From an uncultured Tissierellaceae bacterium (lineage in GTDB: Bacteria > Bacillota > Clostridia > Tissierellales > Tissierellaceae): a stretch of DNA of 63,474 nucleotides. The DNA lies in assembly GCA_964539425.1 (NCBI GenBank), contig CAZIII010000002.1:1-63474 (forward strand), in the 5' to 3' direction. Positions 1 to 9,498 of the stretch are shown here, one piece after another. The position numbers were made by a program, and so were the translations under genes. Every line of letters starts with the position of its first letter. Position 1 is the first letter of the stretch. The notes beneath the pieces are model-generated. The model had not been told where the DNA came from. It searched no databases and saw only the letters and a program-made list of their open reading frames with translations.

Positions 1-175
<175 letters not shown>

Positions 176-700
176 TTATTTTGCAACTTTGACCATAGCT
201 GGTCTAATAACTCTATCTTTTAAAATATATCCATTTTGTAAAACCTCTGTAACTTTGCCTGACTCAACATCATTACTTTCTTCCATAAATACTGCATGAT
301 GAAAATTAGGATCAAAATCTTCACCTAATGCTTTAATTTCATCAACTCCATTATCAGTTAAAGCTTTTAATAATTGTTGATGTATCATTTCAATACCTTG
401 ATAAAAACTATTTTCCTTCATAGTTTCAGATTCCATTGCTCTTTGAAAATTATCTATTATAGGCAAAAGATTTGTAACAAAGGATTCCAGTGCATAAATA
501 ATTGTACTTTCCTTATCTTTTTCAGTTCTTTTTCTAAAGTTAACAAAATCTGCTTGTAGTCTTAAGAGCTTGCCATTTAACTCCTCTATCTCTCTGTCCT
601 TAGATTGTAATACTTCATTTACATCTTCTACATTTTCTTCAATAATAGGTTCATCTACTGACTCCTGATTCTCATCGTTTTTATCTTTTTTGTTTACCAT
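176..700 (-). CDS. grpE: Nucleotide exchange factor GrpE
   Basis: 174-aa ORF with an acidic N-terminus, a coiled coil (LQADFVNFRKR) and a C-terminal beta domain (VLQNGYILKDRVIRPAMVKV). It sits between hrcA and dnaK. GGTG SD. Confidence 0.93.
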   Translation of the reverse strand: MVNKKDKNDENQESVDEPIIEENVEDVNEVLQSKDREIEELNGKLLRLQADFVNFRKRTEKDKESTIIYALESFVTNLLPIIDNFQRAMESETMKENSFYQGIEMIHQQLLKALTDNGVDEIKALGEDFDPNFHHAVFMEESNDVESGKVTEVLQNGYILKDRVIRPAMVKVAK

Positions 701-728
701 AAAATCACCTCTTATTTCTCTTCTATAT

Positions 729-1775
729 TTAAACCAATCTACCTAAGAAAATATCTATAATCTCTGTAATATTAGTAGAAAATAGGTCTAATGTATTGAT
801 TAATTTGTAATAATCCATCCTAGTTGGTCCAATTACACCAATTTTCCCTATGGTCTTATCACCTAGTTTATAAGTCGCTGTAATTAAACTACAGCCTTTT
901 ATTGGTTCATATATATTTTCATTCCCAATGCTTATGTCTATATCTTGGCTCAAAGGATTATTTAATAAAAGTTCTACTACAGAATCTTTATCTTCTATAA
1001 AATGTATAAAAGATTTTGCTTTTTCTAGATCCTTATACTCAGGAAAATTCAATATTTTAGTAACTCCATCGGAGTACAAGTCAATATTGTCTATATCATC
1101 CATAGATTGATTTATTATAGGAATAATTCCATCCATAATAGTCTTATACTCATATATGTCTTTTAAAATTCCTGCAGAAATTTCACCCTCAATTTCCCCT
1201 ACAGACAAACCCTTTAATTTAGCATTTAATAAGTTAGATATTGTAGAAATTTGATTTTCTGGCACCTCTTTATCTAATCTAAATACTGTATTCTTAACTA
1301 CACCAGTGTTGTTAACTAAAACCATTATTATTTGATGGTTGTCAATTGGAACTAGTTGAATATGTTTTATTCTTGAGTCCTTGATTTGTGGAGATATGGC
1401 AAGTGCAGTATAGCTAGTCAAAGCTGATAATATCTTTGCAGAATTCTGTAGTAATTGCTCTATCTCTCTAGACTCACTAATTAAGGTTTTCTTTAATTGA
1501 TTCTTTTTATTAATATCAATATTAGGTTTATGTGCTTTTAAAATTTCATTTACATATAATCTGTAGGCCTTATCAGAAGGAACTCTTCCTGCAGATGAAT
1601 GAGGCTTATTGAGATATCCTAGATCCTCTAAATCAGACATCTCATTTCTCACAGTTGCTGAACTGACCCCTAAATCATATAATTTAGTTATTGTTCTAGA
1701 TCCTATTGGTTCAGCACTTGAAATATAAGAGTTAATTATAGCATAAAGAACCTTAATTTTTCTTTCATCTAACAT
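729..1775 (-). CDS. hrcA: Heat-inducible transcription repressor HrcA
   Basis: MLDERKIKVLYAIINSYISSAEPIGSRT... is a typical HrcA winged-helix N-terminus. A CIRCE operator lies upstream. Start moved to the ATG at 1773-1775 because the track start (GTG at 1784) lies inside the AGAGGTG SD. Confidence 0.9.
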   Translation of the reverse strand: MLDERKIKVLYAIINSYISSAEPIGSRTITKLYDLGVSSATVRNEMSDLEDLGYLNKPHSSAGRVPSDKAYRLYVNEILKAHKPNIDINKKNQLKKTLISESREIEQLLQNSAKILSALTSYTALAISPQIKDSRIKHIQLVPIDNHQIIMVLVNNTGVVKNTVFRLDKEVPENQISTISNLLNAKLKGLSVGEIEGEISAGILKDIYEYKTIMDGIIPIINQSMDDIDNIDLYSDGVTKILNFPEYKDLEKAKSFIHFIEDKDSVVELLLNNPLSQDIDISIGNENIYEPIKGCSLITATYKLGDKTIGKIGVIGPTRMDYYKLINTLDLFSTNITEIIDIFLGRLV

Positions 1776-1816
1776 TTTCATCACCTCTTATAATAAATAT
1801 ATATTAGATGGTTTTG

Positions 1817-1843
1817 TTAGCACTCTATCTTAATGAGTGCTAA
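1817..1843 (-). promoter_or_regulatory. CIRCE operator (HrcA binding site)
   Basis: Perfect TTAGCACTC-N9-GAGTGCTAA inverted repeat about 40 nt upstream of hrcA. Confidence 0.9.
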
Positions 1844-1907
1844 TGCTTACGATTTAAAATTACCACTCATTAAGAAATTTGTCAATACTTTTTGAAAAAA
1901 TATTTTA

Positions 1908-3044
1908 TTATATTAAAAAATCAACTTCAACTAAATTAGATAAATCTAATCCTATTTTTGTCAATCTAATAAAATCAGTACTATTTGATATTAACCCATT
2001 GGATTCATGCTTACTTATTATATCCTTATATATTGATTCTATTTCCATTCCAAATCTATTTTTAAATTCTCTTTTGTCAATTCCCTTTATCTTTCTAAGA
2101 CCAAGTATTGAAAATTCACCTATTTCTTCATCTACACTTATTATCTCTTCTCCTTCTATTGGAAGAATTTTGTTGTTTAGTTTTTCAATATAGTTGTCCA
2201 TATTGGATGTATTCCAAAATCTTTTTCCTTCAATATTAGAATGACTACTAAGTCCAACTCCAATATAAGGCTTTACATCCCAATAAACCAAATTATGCTT
2301 ACATTCGTAATTTGGTAATGAATAATTAGATATTTCGTAATGGTCATAGCCATTTTTGATGAGATATTCAGTAGCTCTATGATACATGGTTCTCTCGACA
2401 TCTTCACTTGGTAAATATATCTTTTTTTCATTATATAATTTATTTAAGTAAGTTCCTTCTTCAAGTATTAATCCATAATAGGATACATGTTCCACTCCTA
2501 AATCTATAACTTTTTTTAACGAATCCATTACATTATCTAAACTCTGGTTTGGAAGTCCAAACATTAAATCCACATTTATATTTTTAATATCCCCTAGACG
2601 CAAATATTCATAACTTCTATAGAAGTCTTCAACATTGTGTGACCTACCGATTGACTTTAGTAAATTATTATCTAAAGTTTGAGCTCCCATACTTACCCTA
2701 TTTATCCCAGACTGTTTATATATATGAACCTTTTCTTTATTTAATGTCCCAGGGTTTGCTTCTATGCTTATTTCAGATAAATAAGTGGTATTGAAGTTCT
2801 TGTATATGAATTCAATTATTTGATTAATATATTTTGGGTCTATACTTGATGGAGTGCCTCCACCTATGAATATGGTGCTAATGCTGTATTCTTTTATTCT
2901 TTCCTTGTATAAACTTAGCTCCTTTATCAAGCTATTTACATAGCTATGAATTTTATCATTCATATTAGAAAAGGATGAGAAATCGCAATAATAGCATTTG
3001 CTTATGCAGAAAGGTATATGAATATATAATGATATTTCTTTCAT
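1908..3044 (-). CDS. hemW: Radical SAM heme chaperone HemW (HemN-like, oxygen-independent coproporphyrinogen oxidase family)
   Basis: LYIHIPFCISKCYYCDF (CxxxCxxC radical-SAM motif) and GGGTPS. 378 aa. Located between lepA and hrcA as in Bacillus. Confidence 0.88.
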   Translation of the reverse strand: MKEISLYIHIPFCISKCYYCDFSSFSNMNDKIHSYVNSLIKELSLYKERIKEYSISTIFIGGGTPSSIDPKYINQIIEFIYKNFNTTYLSEISIEANPGTLNKEKVHIYKQSGINRVSMGAQTLDNNLLKSIGRSHNVEDFYRSYEYLRLGDIKNINVDLMFGLPNQSLDNVMDSLKKVIDLGVEHVSYYGLILEEGTYLNKLYNEKKIYLPSEDVERTMYHRATEYLIKNGYDHYEISNYSLPNYECKHNLVYWDVKPYIGVGLSSHSNIEGKRFWNTSNMDNYIEKLNNKILPIEGEEIISVDEEIGEFSILGLRKIKGIDKREFKNRFGMEIESIYKDIISKHESNGLISNSTDFIRLTKIGLDLSNLVEVDFLI

Positions 3045-3062
3045 GTTAACCTCCTTTTAACG

Positions 3063-3116
3063 GATGCAATTATGACATCTGTTGCATCAAAATGGGAACG
3101 ACAGATGGCCGTTCCC
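3063..3116 (-). terminator. Two consecutive hairpins between lepA and hemW (possible partial terminator or processing site)
   Basis: GGGAACG-N9-CGTTCCC (3094-3116) is followed on the minus strand by ATTTTG. A second hairpin, GATGCAA-N12-TTGCATC, lies at 3063-3088. Confidence 0.35.
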
Positions 3117-3124
3117 TACATTAT

Positions 3125-4936
3125 TTACTTTTCATCATATTTTAATACTGTTAGGAATGCTTCTTGAGGAACTTCAACTGATCCTATTTGTCTCATACGC
3201 TTTTTACCCTCTTTTTGCTTCTCTAATAATTTTTTCTTTCTTGATATATCTCCACCGTAGCATTTTGCAAGTACATCTTTTCTTAAAGCTCTTATGGTTT
3301 CTCTGGCTATAACCTTAGCTCCAATAGCAGCTTGTATAGGAACTGCAAATTGATGTCTTGGTATTACATCCGTAAGTCTCTCCGCAATGTTTCTACCTCT
3401 TTCGTATGCCTTCTCTTCGTGGACAATTAGTGAAAATGCATCTACTAACTCTCCATTAATAAGTATATCTAATTTTACAAGCTCTGATTGTTGATATCCC
3501 TTTAAATCATAATCTAAGGATGCATAACCCCTAGTCTTTGATTTCAGAGCATCAAAGAAATCATAAATTACCTCATTTAATGGCAAATCATAATGTAGTA
3601 CTACCCTTGTTGATTCTAAATACTCCATATTGATAAAAGACCCTCTTTTATTTTGACAAAGCTCCATTATTGCTCCCACATAATCTGTAGGTGTCATAAT
3701 ATTTGCCCTTACTATGGGTTCCTCCATATATTCTATTTCTGTAAGAGCTGGAAGGTTCGATGGATTTTGTATGTGAAGTACTTCTCCTGTAGTCTTTGTT
3801 ATTTTATATATTACAGAAGGAGCTGTAGTTATTATGTTTAAATCAAATTCTCTATCTAGTCTTTCCTGTATTATTTCCATGTGTAAAAGTCCTAAAAATC
3901 CACATCTAAAACCAAAACCCAATGCTACTGAAGATTCAGGTTCAAATACTAATGCTGCATCATTTACTTGTAGCTTTTCTAATGCTTCTCTAACTGTATT
4001 AAAATCTTCTCCCTCTGCAGGATATATACCACAATATACCATAGGTATAACCTTTTTATATCCTGGTAATGCTTCCTGAGTAGGATTGCTCTTCTCTGTT
4101 ATTGTATCTCCTACTGTGGCATCTTTTACATTTTTGATACTGGCAGTAACAAAACCTACATCTCCAGGTTCCAGTTTATCCAAGGATATATGCTTTGAAG
4201 TATTTACGCCAACCTCCACTACTTCATATGATTTTCCAGTAGCCATCATTTTAATTTCCATACCTGGTTTAATTGTGCCTTCAAATACTCTTATGTAACA
4301 AATTACTCCCTTATAGCTATCATAATAGGAATCAAAAATCAATGCCTTTAAGGGTGCATTTGGATCTCCTTTAGGTGCAGGTACATTCTTCACTATTGAC
4401 TCTAATACTTCTTCAATATTTAGGCCTTCTTTTGCAGAAATAAGAGGTGCATTTTCGCAATCTATTCCTATAATATCTTCTACTTCTTGTTTAACTTCAT
4501 CAGGTCTTGCACTTGGTAAATCTATTTTATTAATAACTGGAACTATTTCTAAATCCTGGTCCAATGCAAGATATACATTAGCTAAAGTTTGTGCTTCTAC
4601 ACCTTGAGTAGCATCTACCACTAGTATAGCACCTTCACAAGCTGCCAACGACCTAGAAACCTCATAGGTAAAGTCAACATGTCCTGGGGTATCTATAAGA
4701 TTCAATATATATTCTTCGCCATCTTTGGCATTATAAACTAGTCTAACAGCTTTCAGTTTAATAGTTATACCTCTTTCTCTCTCCAAATCCATATTGTCTA
4801 AAACCTGATGTTGCATCTCTCTTGATGTTAACATCCCTGTTTTCTCTATTAATCTGTCTGCTAATGTAGATTTCCCATGATCTATATGGGCAATTATTGA
4901 AAAATTTCTAGTATTATCTTGTTTATTTTTTTGCAT
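3125..4936 (-). CDS. lepA: Translation elongation factor 4 (LepA)
   Basis: [27 protein letters not shown] and NKIDL GTPase motifs, plus the LepA C-terminal domain. Start set at the ATG at 4934-4936, preceded by AGGAGGAAAAGT. The track start 15 nt upstream overlaps the SD. Confidence 0.93.
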   Translation of the reverse strand: MQKNKQDNTRNFSIIAHIDHGKSTLADRLIEKTGMLTSREMQHQVLDNMDLERERGITIKLKAVRLVYNAKDGEEYILNLIDTPGHVDFTYEVSRSLAACEGAILVVDATQGVEAQTLANVYLALDQDLEIVPVINKIDLPSARPDEVKQEVEDIIGIDCENAPLISAKEGLNIEEVLESIVKNVPAPKGDPNAPLKALIFDSYYDSYKGVICYIRVFEGTIKPGMEIKMMATGKSYEVVEVGVNTSKHISLDKLEPGDVGFVTASIKNVKDATVGDTITEKSNPTQEALPGYKKVIPMVYCGIYPAEGEDFNTVREALEKLQVNDAALVFEPESSVALGFGFRCGFLGLLHMEIIQERLDREFDLNIITTAPSVIYKITKTTGEVLHIQNPSNLPALTEIEYMEEPIVRANIMTPTDYVGAIMELCQNKRGSFINMEYLESTRVVLHYDLPLNEVIYDFFDALKSKTRGYASLDYDLKGYQQSELVKLDILINGELVDAFSLIVHEEKAYERGRNIAERLTDVIPRHQFAVPIQAAIGAKVIARETIRALRKDVLAKCYGGDISRKKKLLEKQKEGKKRMRQIGSVEVPQEAFLTVLKYDEK

Positions 4937-4975
4937 ACTTTTCCTCCTCATGAAGATTCAAATAACTCTAGCTAA

Positions 4976-5275
4976 TTATAGCAAATAATTACAATTATGT
5001 AAAACTAAAAGACCAGAAAACTGGTCTTCAATAAATTTCTTTATAATACTAAAATCTATTATATAAGATTTCCCGAAAAAATCTAATTCCATTTTTTCAA
5101 TATCAAATCTTATTATATTCGGATTTTCAAAGCATTCCAAGTCAATAATATTAAGATTTACAATCTCAATCCCTAGTAAGAAGACCATAAACAAAAGTAA
5201 TATGCACAACTTCTTCATCCTTTGAATTCTTTTAGCCTTACTTATCCGCTTATTTCTTTCTAATCTCGTTTCCAT
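4976..5275 (-). CDS. Hypothetical small single-pass membrane protein (position equivalent to yqxA between spoIIP and lepA)
   Basis: METRLERNKRISKAKRIQRMKKLCILLLFMVFLLGIEIV: basic N-terminus plus one TM helix. GGTGA SD before the ATG at 5273-5275. No recognisable family. The 3' end contains a terminator-like hairpin (see findings). Confidence 0.35.
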   Translation of the reverse strand: METRLERNKRISKAKRIQRMKKLCILLLFMVFLLGIEIVNLNIIDLECFENPNIIRFDIEKMELDFFGKSYIIDFSIIKKFIEDQFSGLLVLHNCNYLL

Positions 5276-5325
5276 CAATATCACCAAGATTAGCTTATCC
5301 AATTTAAGGGAATTATATACTTTTC

Positions 5326-5871
5326 TTAATCTATTTTCCCAAACCTCTTATCTATTGGAAAATATCTAAAACCCGTAATACCTTTTATTGTTCTAAGAGA
5401 AATTGTACCGAAATATCTACTATCTTTACTTGCACCTTCTTCTCTATTATCTCCCAATACAAATACATGACCTTCTGGTACTATCCAACTTTCATCATCA
5501 TAAGTATGGGTATAGGCACTACTATCTATATATTCTTCTTTCAAGATAGAACCATTCAGATATACCTTGCCCTCTTTAATCTCTACTACATCTCCTTCTA
5601 AACCGATTACTCTCTTTATATAATCTTTATCTGGAGTATCAGGAGCCTCTAGTACAATTACATCTCCCCTAGATGGTTCTGAAAAAAGCAATGAAATCTT
5701 ATTTGCAATTAGTCTATCCTTTTCATGCAAAGTAGGATACATTGAATTACCCAGTACATAAGTTGTATTAAAAATAAATGTTTTAATTAATATAGCAATA
5801 ATAACTGCTGATGCAATGCTCTTAATCCATTCTATAGTCTCTTTTTTTATGTCTTTATTATTTTCCTCCAT
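5326..5871 (-). CDS. lepB: Signal peptidase I
   Basis: One N-terminal TM, then GNSMYPTL (catalytic Ser box), RGDVIV, YIKRVIGLEGD (Lys box) and VLGDNREEGASKDSR. Start at MEENNK is preceded by GGGAGG. Confidence 0.9.
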   Translation of the reverse strand: MEENNKDIKKETIEWIKSIASAVIIAILIKTFIFNTTYVLGNSMYPTLHEKDRLIANKISLLFSEPSRGDVIVLEAPDTPDKDYIKRVIGLEGDVVEIKEGKVYLNGSILKEEYIDSSAYTHTYDDESWIVPEGHVFVLGDNREEGASKDSRYFGTISLRTIKGITGFRYFPIDKRFGKID

Positions 5872-5936
5872 AACTTTACCTCCCAAGATATTTCCAATAA
5901 TAAATATTATATCACTTAAATAATATTTAGCAAAGT

Positions 5937-6998
5937 TTATTCTTCTATTATACTATTTATAGCTAAAGACAGTATCTCCCCAACTAGTTTAGCAGTATTA
6001 TTAGCTTCTTCAACAGTATGAAAATTATATCCTATCTCTAATAGTGCTGAGTAGTCCGACAGATGTTGATTGTATTTTCCAGTTGGTTTAATAATTATAC
6101 CCTCACATAAATCTGGATATAAAGCATCTGATACTGCCTTGATATATTTAGCAAAATTAAGCACCTTGTCCTTGTTAGGTGAATCAGGACCTACTACTAG
6201 CGAAAATGTAGCTACTGGTTTTCCGTCAACCTCTATCTTAGATCTAGCAATCAATGTATCTATATTCTTTGCATTTTCAAGGACGGCATTTCTGTGTACA
6301 TCCAGTAGTATCTGTAAGTTTTCTGATTCACCTTTCTTACTATTAACTGTATTTAGGCTCCTTGAATAGGATTTATTATATGATGGTAAGTCATGATGGG
6401 TCTCTACATGATCTATCATATGGCCATTTGCTTCTAAAATAGTTGAAATTACATTTCCTATGGATACAATATTACTATTATTATCAGATGTACGATAATT
6501 TTCATCTTTTGTATGCAAGTAAGATTCAGTCCCGTGGGTATGATACATCAATATATATGGTTTGCTTTTATCTATTTTAATCTTATTTACCATAAATGGC
6601 TCTGGAATATTTTCTACTGTATTCATTCCTTCAGAGTCTTTTACTATTATTAAACTCTCATATTCTTCTAATCTGTCAATGATTATATCATTCTCTCTAC
6701 TATAATTTTCATCTACTTCGTTGAATTCTGGCGCTGTTACTGCTACAATTTCTTCATTACCATTAGTAATTTCCTCCTTTTCAAATAGAGAGGCTATGGT
6801 TTTTTTTAGTAGTTTGCTAATGTTGAATGCCTCTTTCACAGAATCAATAGATATGCTGACTAAGCTAAAATTATTGTTATTAGAATTAGGTAATTCTTTG
6901 TATATTGAATACCCTCCTATAGCTATAGCACCTATATTTAAGACTATCAAACATACTAATGCTAAAATAATATAATCTGACTTCCTAGTTTTTTTCAT
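5937..6998 (-). CDS. spoIIP: Stage II sporulation protein P (SpoIIP)
   Basis: N-terminal TM, then ILMYHTHGTESY and a C-terminal amidase-like domain. Sits next to gpr as in Bacillus. Confidence 0.85.
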   Translation of the reverse strand: MKKTRKSDYIILALVCLIVLNIGAIAIGGYSIYKELPNSNNNNFSLVSISIDSVKEAFNISKLLKKTIASLFEKEEITNGNEEIVAVTAPEFNEVDENYSRENDIIIDRLEEYESLIIVKDSEGMNTVENIPEPFMVNKIKIDKSKPYILMYHTHGTESYLHTKDENYRTSDNNSNIVSIGNVISTILEANGHMIDHVETHHDLPSYNKSYSRSLNTVNSKKGESENLQILLDVHRNAVLENAKNIDTLIARSKIEVDGKPVATFSLVVGPDSPNKDKVLNFAKYIKAVSDALYPDLCEGIIIKPTGKYNQHLSDYSALLEIGYNFHTVEEANNTAKLVGEILSLAINSIIEE

Positions 6999-7068
6999 AC
7001 TAACACTCCCTAATAAGCTTTCAATATAAAAATTATATTCCTACTAGAGATGAAATATACTTAATCTA

Positions 7069-8043
7069 TTATCTTATATATCTATTTACATCTTTTAAAT
7101 CTATTCCAGGGTGCAATGCTATATTAAGACCATTGGCAACTATAATGGATAAATCGTCTATCAATACATCTATATCAGTTGGAGTAACCACTACATTTTT
7201 CATGTAGGGATTAAGTACATCTTTAATCAAAGTATATTTCTCATCTGATGATATTTCTGAAAGTAAATTATAAAACTCTGTTCCCACCTTTGATTCTTTC
7301 TTTAACGAATCTATAATTAAATCTAATGTATCATTGACTATGGTTGCAGCGTCTACTACTGTTGGAATACCAATAGCTATTACAGGAACCCCTAAAGTGT
7401 GTTCATTAATTTCCATTCTATTATTACCCACACCTGCGCCTGGATTTATCCCTGTATCTGATATTTGAATAGTAGTTGATACTCTCTCCATTTTTCTAGA
7501 GGCCAAGGCATCAATTGCTATAACTAAATCAGGCTTTACTTTCTCCACTACTCCCTTCACTAGCTCCCCTGTCTCAATTCCCGTAATCCCCATTACCCCA
7601 GGAGACAAAGCTGCAACATTGGCAACTGTTTCATCTATTTCCTTGTTAAAATTAACAAAGAATTGTCTGGTAACTAATACCCTATCCACTACCTTTGGTC
7701 CAAGAGCATCAGGGGTAATATTCCAATTCCCTAACCCTACTATTAAAACTTTGCTATTCTCATGATTCCTACCTAGTCCCTTAATTTCCTTGGCTACCAC
7801 TTGAGATATTTCATCCTTTAAATCTTCATCTGTTTTATTAAGTCCTGGTACATCTATGGTTATATATGTTCCAATTGGCTTTTGAATATTTTTACTTCCC
7901 TCATTATTTACTACTCTGACTTTTGTTACACTGTAGTTTTCTTTCTCCTCTTTATCTATTTCAATACCCTTTGATTCTTCATTCCTTTCCGTTTTATATA
8001 ATTCTCTGTTCTCTATGGCTAAATCTGTTCGAACTCGAAACAT
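7069..8043 (-). CDS. gpr: Spore germination protease Gpr
   Basis: MFRVRTDLAIE start, LIVGLGNWNITPDALGP and AIDALA motifs typical of GPR endopeptidase. Divergent from rpsT as in Bacillus. Confidence 0.9.
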   Translation of the reverse strand: MFRVRTDLAIENRELYKTERNEESKGIEIDKEEKENYSVTKVRVVNNEGSKNIQKPIGTYITIDVPGLNKTDEDLKDEISQVVAKEIKGLGRNHENSKVLIVGLGNWNITPDALGPKVVDRVLVTRQFFVNFNKEIDETVANVAALSPGVMGITGIETGELVKGVVEKVKPDLVIAIDALASRKMERVSTTIQISDTGINPGAGVGNNRMEINEHTLGVPVIAIGIPTVVDAATIVNDTLDLIIDSLKKESKVGTEFYNLLSEISSDEKYTLIKDVLNPYMKNVVVTPTDIDVLIDDLSIIVANGLNIALHPGIDLKDVNRYIR

Positions 8044-8115
8044 TTACAATCTCCTCTCATATTCCATATTTTTTCTTTCATTTTATATTTTTATCCAATA
8101 TAATGTTAAATATCC

Positions 8116-8144
8116 TTGCATTTTATAGTTCTTCGTGATAAAAT
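8116..8144 (+). promoter_or_regulatory. SigA-type promoter of rpsT
   Basis: TTGCAT (8116-8121), 17-nt spacer, TAAAAT (8139-8144), about 30 nt upstream of the rpsT SD. Confidence 0.5.
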
Positions 8145-8175
8145 ATTTTTTGTTAGATTAGAGGAGGTGAAACTA

Positions 8176-8439
8176 TTGGCAAATATTAAATCTGCTGAAA
8201 AAAGAATTCTTATTACTGAAAAAAGAACAGCTATGAACAAAGCTAAGAAATCAGAAATTAAAACATATATGAAGAAGTTTGATAAGGCTATCGAGGCGGG
8301 AAATGTTGAAGAAGCTAAGGCTTTACTTAAGACTATTGACAAAAAGTTAAAAAGAGCTGCTCAAAAGAATGTTATTCATATGAACAATGTATCAAGGAAA
8401 GTTAGTCGCTTAACGAAGAAATTAAATAAAGCAATATAA
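8176..8439 (+). CDS. rpsT: 30S ribosomal protein S20
   Basis: (M)ANIKSAEKRILITEKRTAMNKAKKSEIKT... is a canonical S20. TTG start at 8176 is preceded by AGGAGGTG. The track ORF from 8116 is an upstream over-extension. Confidence 0.92.
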   Translation: MANIKSAEKRILITEKRTAMNKAKKSEIKTYMKKFDKAIEAGNVEEAKALLKTIDKKLKRAAQKNVIHMNNVSRKVSRLTKKLNKAI

Positions 8440-8441
8440 AT

Positions 8442-8468
8442 AAAACTTCGGGGGGCCGAAGTTTTTTT
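8442..8468. terminator. Bidirectional intrinsic terminator shared by rpsT (+) and holA (-)
   Basis: AACTTCGG-GGGG-CCGAAGTT hairpin flanked by an A-run and a T-run. Confidence 0.8.
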
Positions 8469-9498
8469 ATTTGGAATAACATAGATTAATAATTAACATT
8501 TCTAAGGCTAGTTTTTCATCATGAGAACTAGTCTTTTGTTTTATATCTAGTTCAAGTATATAATCTAGACCATTTCTTAGATACGACTCAGAAAAACTAT
8601 TGGCTTGGCTGGATATCTTTTTAAATTCGTATGGTTTTATCTGTAGCTTTTCTTGTATTACCCCTTCAGTATAGCCTTTTTCCTTATAAAGTTTATATCC
8701 TAACATAAGTCTTAATTGTCTAATTATCATAAAGAGTATCCTCTGAACAGGCTCATTGGATATATACATTTCACTAAATATTTTCAATGCGGAGTCCCCA
8801 TCCCTTTTATTTATACTCGAAAGTAAATTAAATATATTAGTATCTAGTGTTTTAGTCAAAGTCAGGTCTATATCCTCTTTTGTAATCTCACTAGACTGAG
8901 AAAAATTAATTACTTTAAGTAGTTCATTTTCTAAGTCATAAAGGGATTTTGTGCTATTGTATTCAGTATAGGATGTTTGTTGTATAAAGTAAATTAAGTT
9001 TAAATTAGATATTTTTTTATTGAATTCCTTTAATTTCTTTTCAACTCTTAAATTTAAATCTTTACCCTTTAATTTTGCAAAATCAACGATTCCACCTAAT
9101 TTGTTGATTGATTTATAAATCTTACTAGTTTTCTTTAATTTACTTGACCTATCCATTACAATAAGACAAAGATAATCATCTAAACCTTCTACATAGGATC
9201 CCATTAGCTTATCCACATCATTTTCATCATTTTCTACTATTTCACTAATATCCTTTATTACAACTAATTTCTTAGATGACATAAATGGAAGCGTCTCACA
9301 GGCGTTTAATATATTGTCAAACCTTGCATCTTTACCATCTATATTTATGTAATTTATGGCTTCAAGGGAAGTATCGATATACTTATCATTTAATCTTTCT
9401 ATGGCCTCCTGCATTAGGTATTCCTCCTCCCCAGTAAAAAGATATACTGGTGCTAGATTACCTCTTTTTATTATATCTATAAATTCACTATAATTCAC
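8467..9498 (-). CDS. holA: DNA polymerase III delta subunit (HolA)
   Basis: 343 aa. APVYLFTGEEEYL N-terminus is typical of HolA. Immediately downstream of comEC with an 11-nt overlap, as in Firmicutes. Confidence 0.85.
   Translation of the reverse strand: MNYSEFIDIIKRGNLAPVYLFTGEEEYLMQEAIERLNDKYIDTSLEAINYINIDGKDARFDNILNACETLPFMSSKKLVVIKDISEIVENDENDVDKLMGSYVEGLDDYLCLIVMDRSSKLKKTSKIYKSINKLGGIVDFAKLKGKDLNLRVEKKLKEFNKKISNLNLIYFIQQTSYTEYNSTKSLYDLENELLKVINFSQSSEITKEDIDLTLTKTLDTNIFNLLSSINKRDGDSALKIFSEMYISNEPVQRILFMIIRQLRLMLGYKLYKEKGYTEGVIQEKLQIKPYEFKKISSQANSFSESYLRNGLDYILELDIKQKTSSHDEKLALEMLIINLCYSK

Noticed and set aside
8106-8342. 78-aa ORF antisense to rpsT, and the 8116 upstream extension of the rpsT ORF
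   Set aside because: S20 is unambiguous on the plus strand from the TTG at 8176 with a perfect SD. The extension covers the promoter, and the antisense ORF has no signals.
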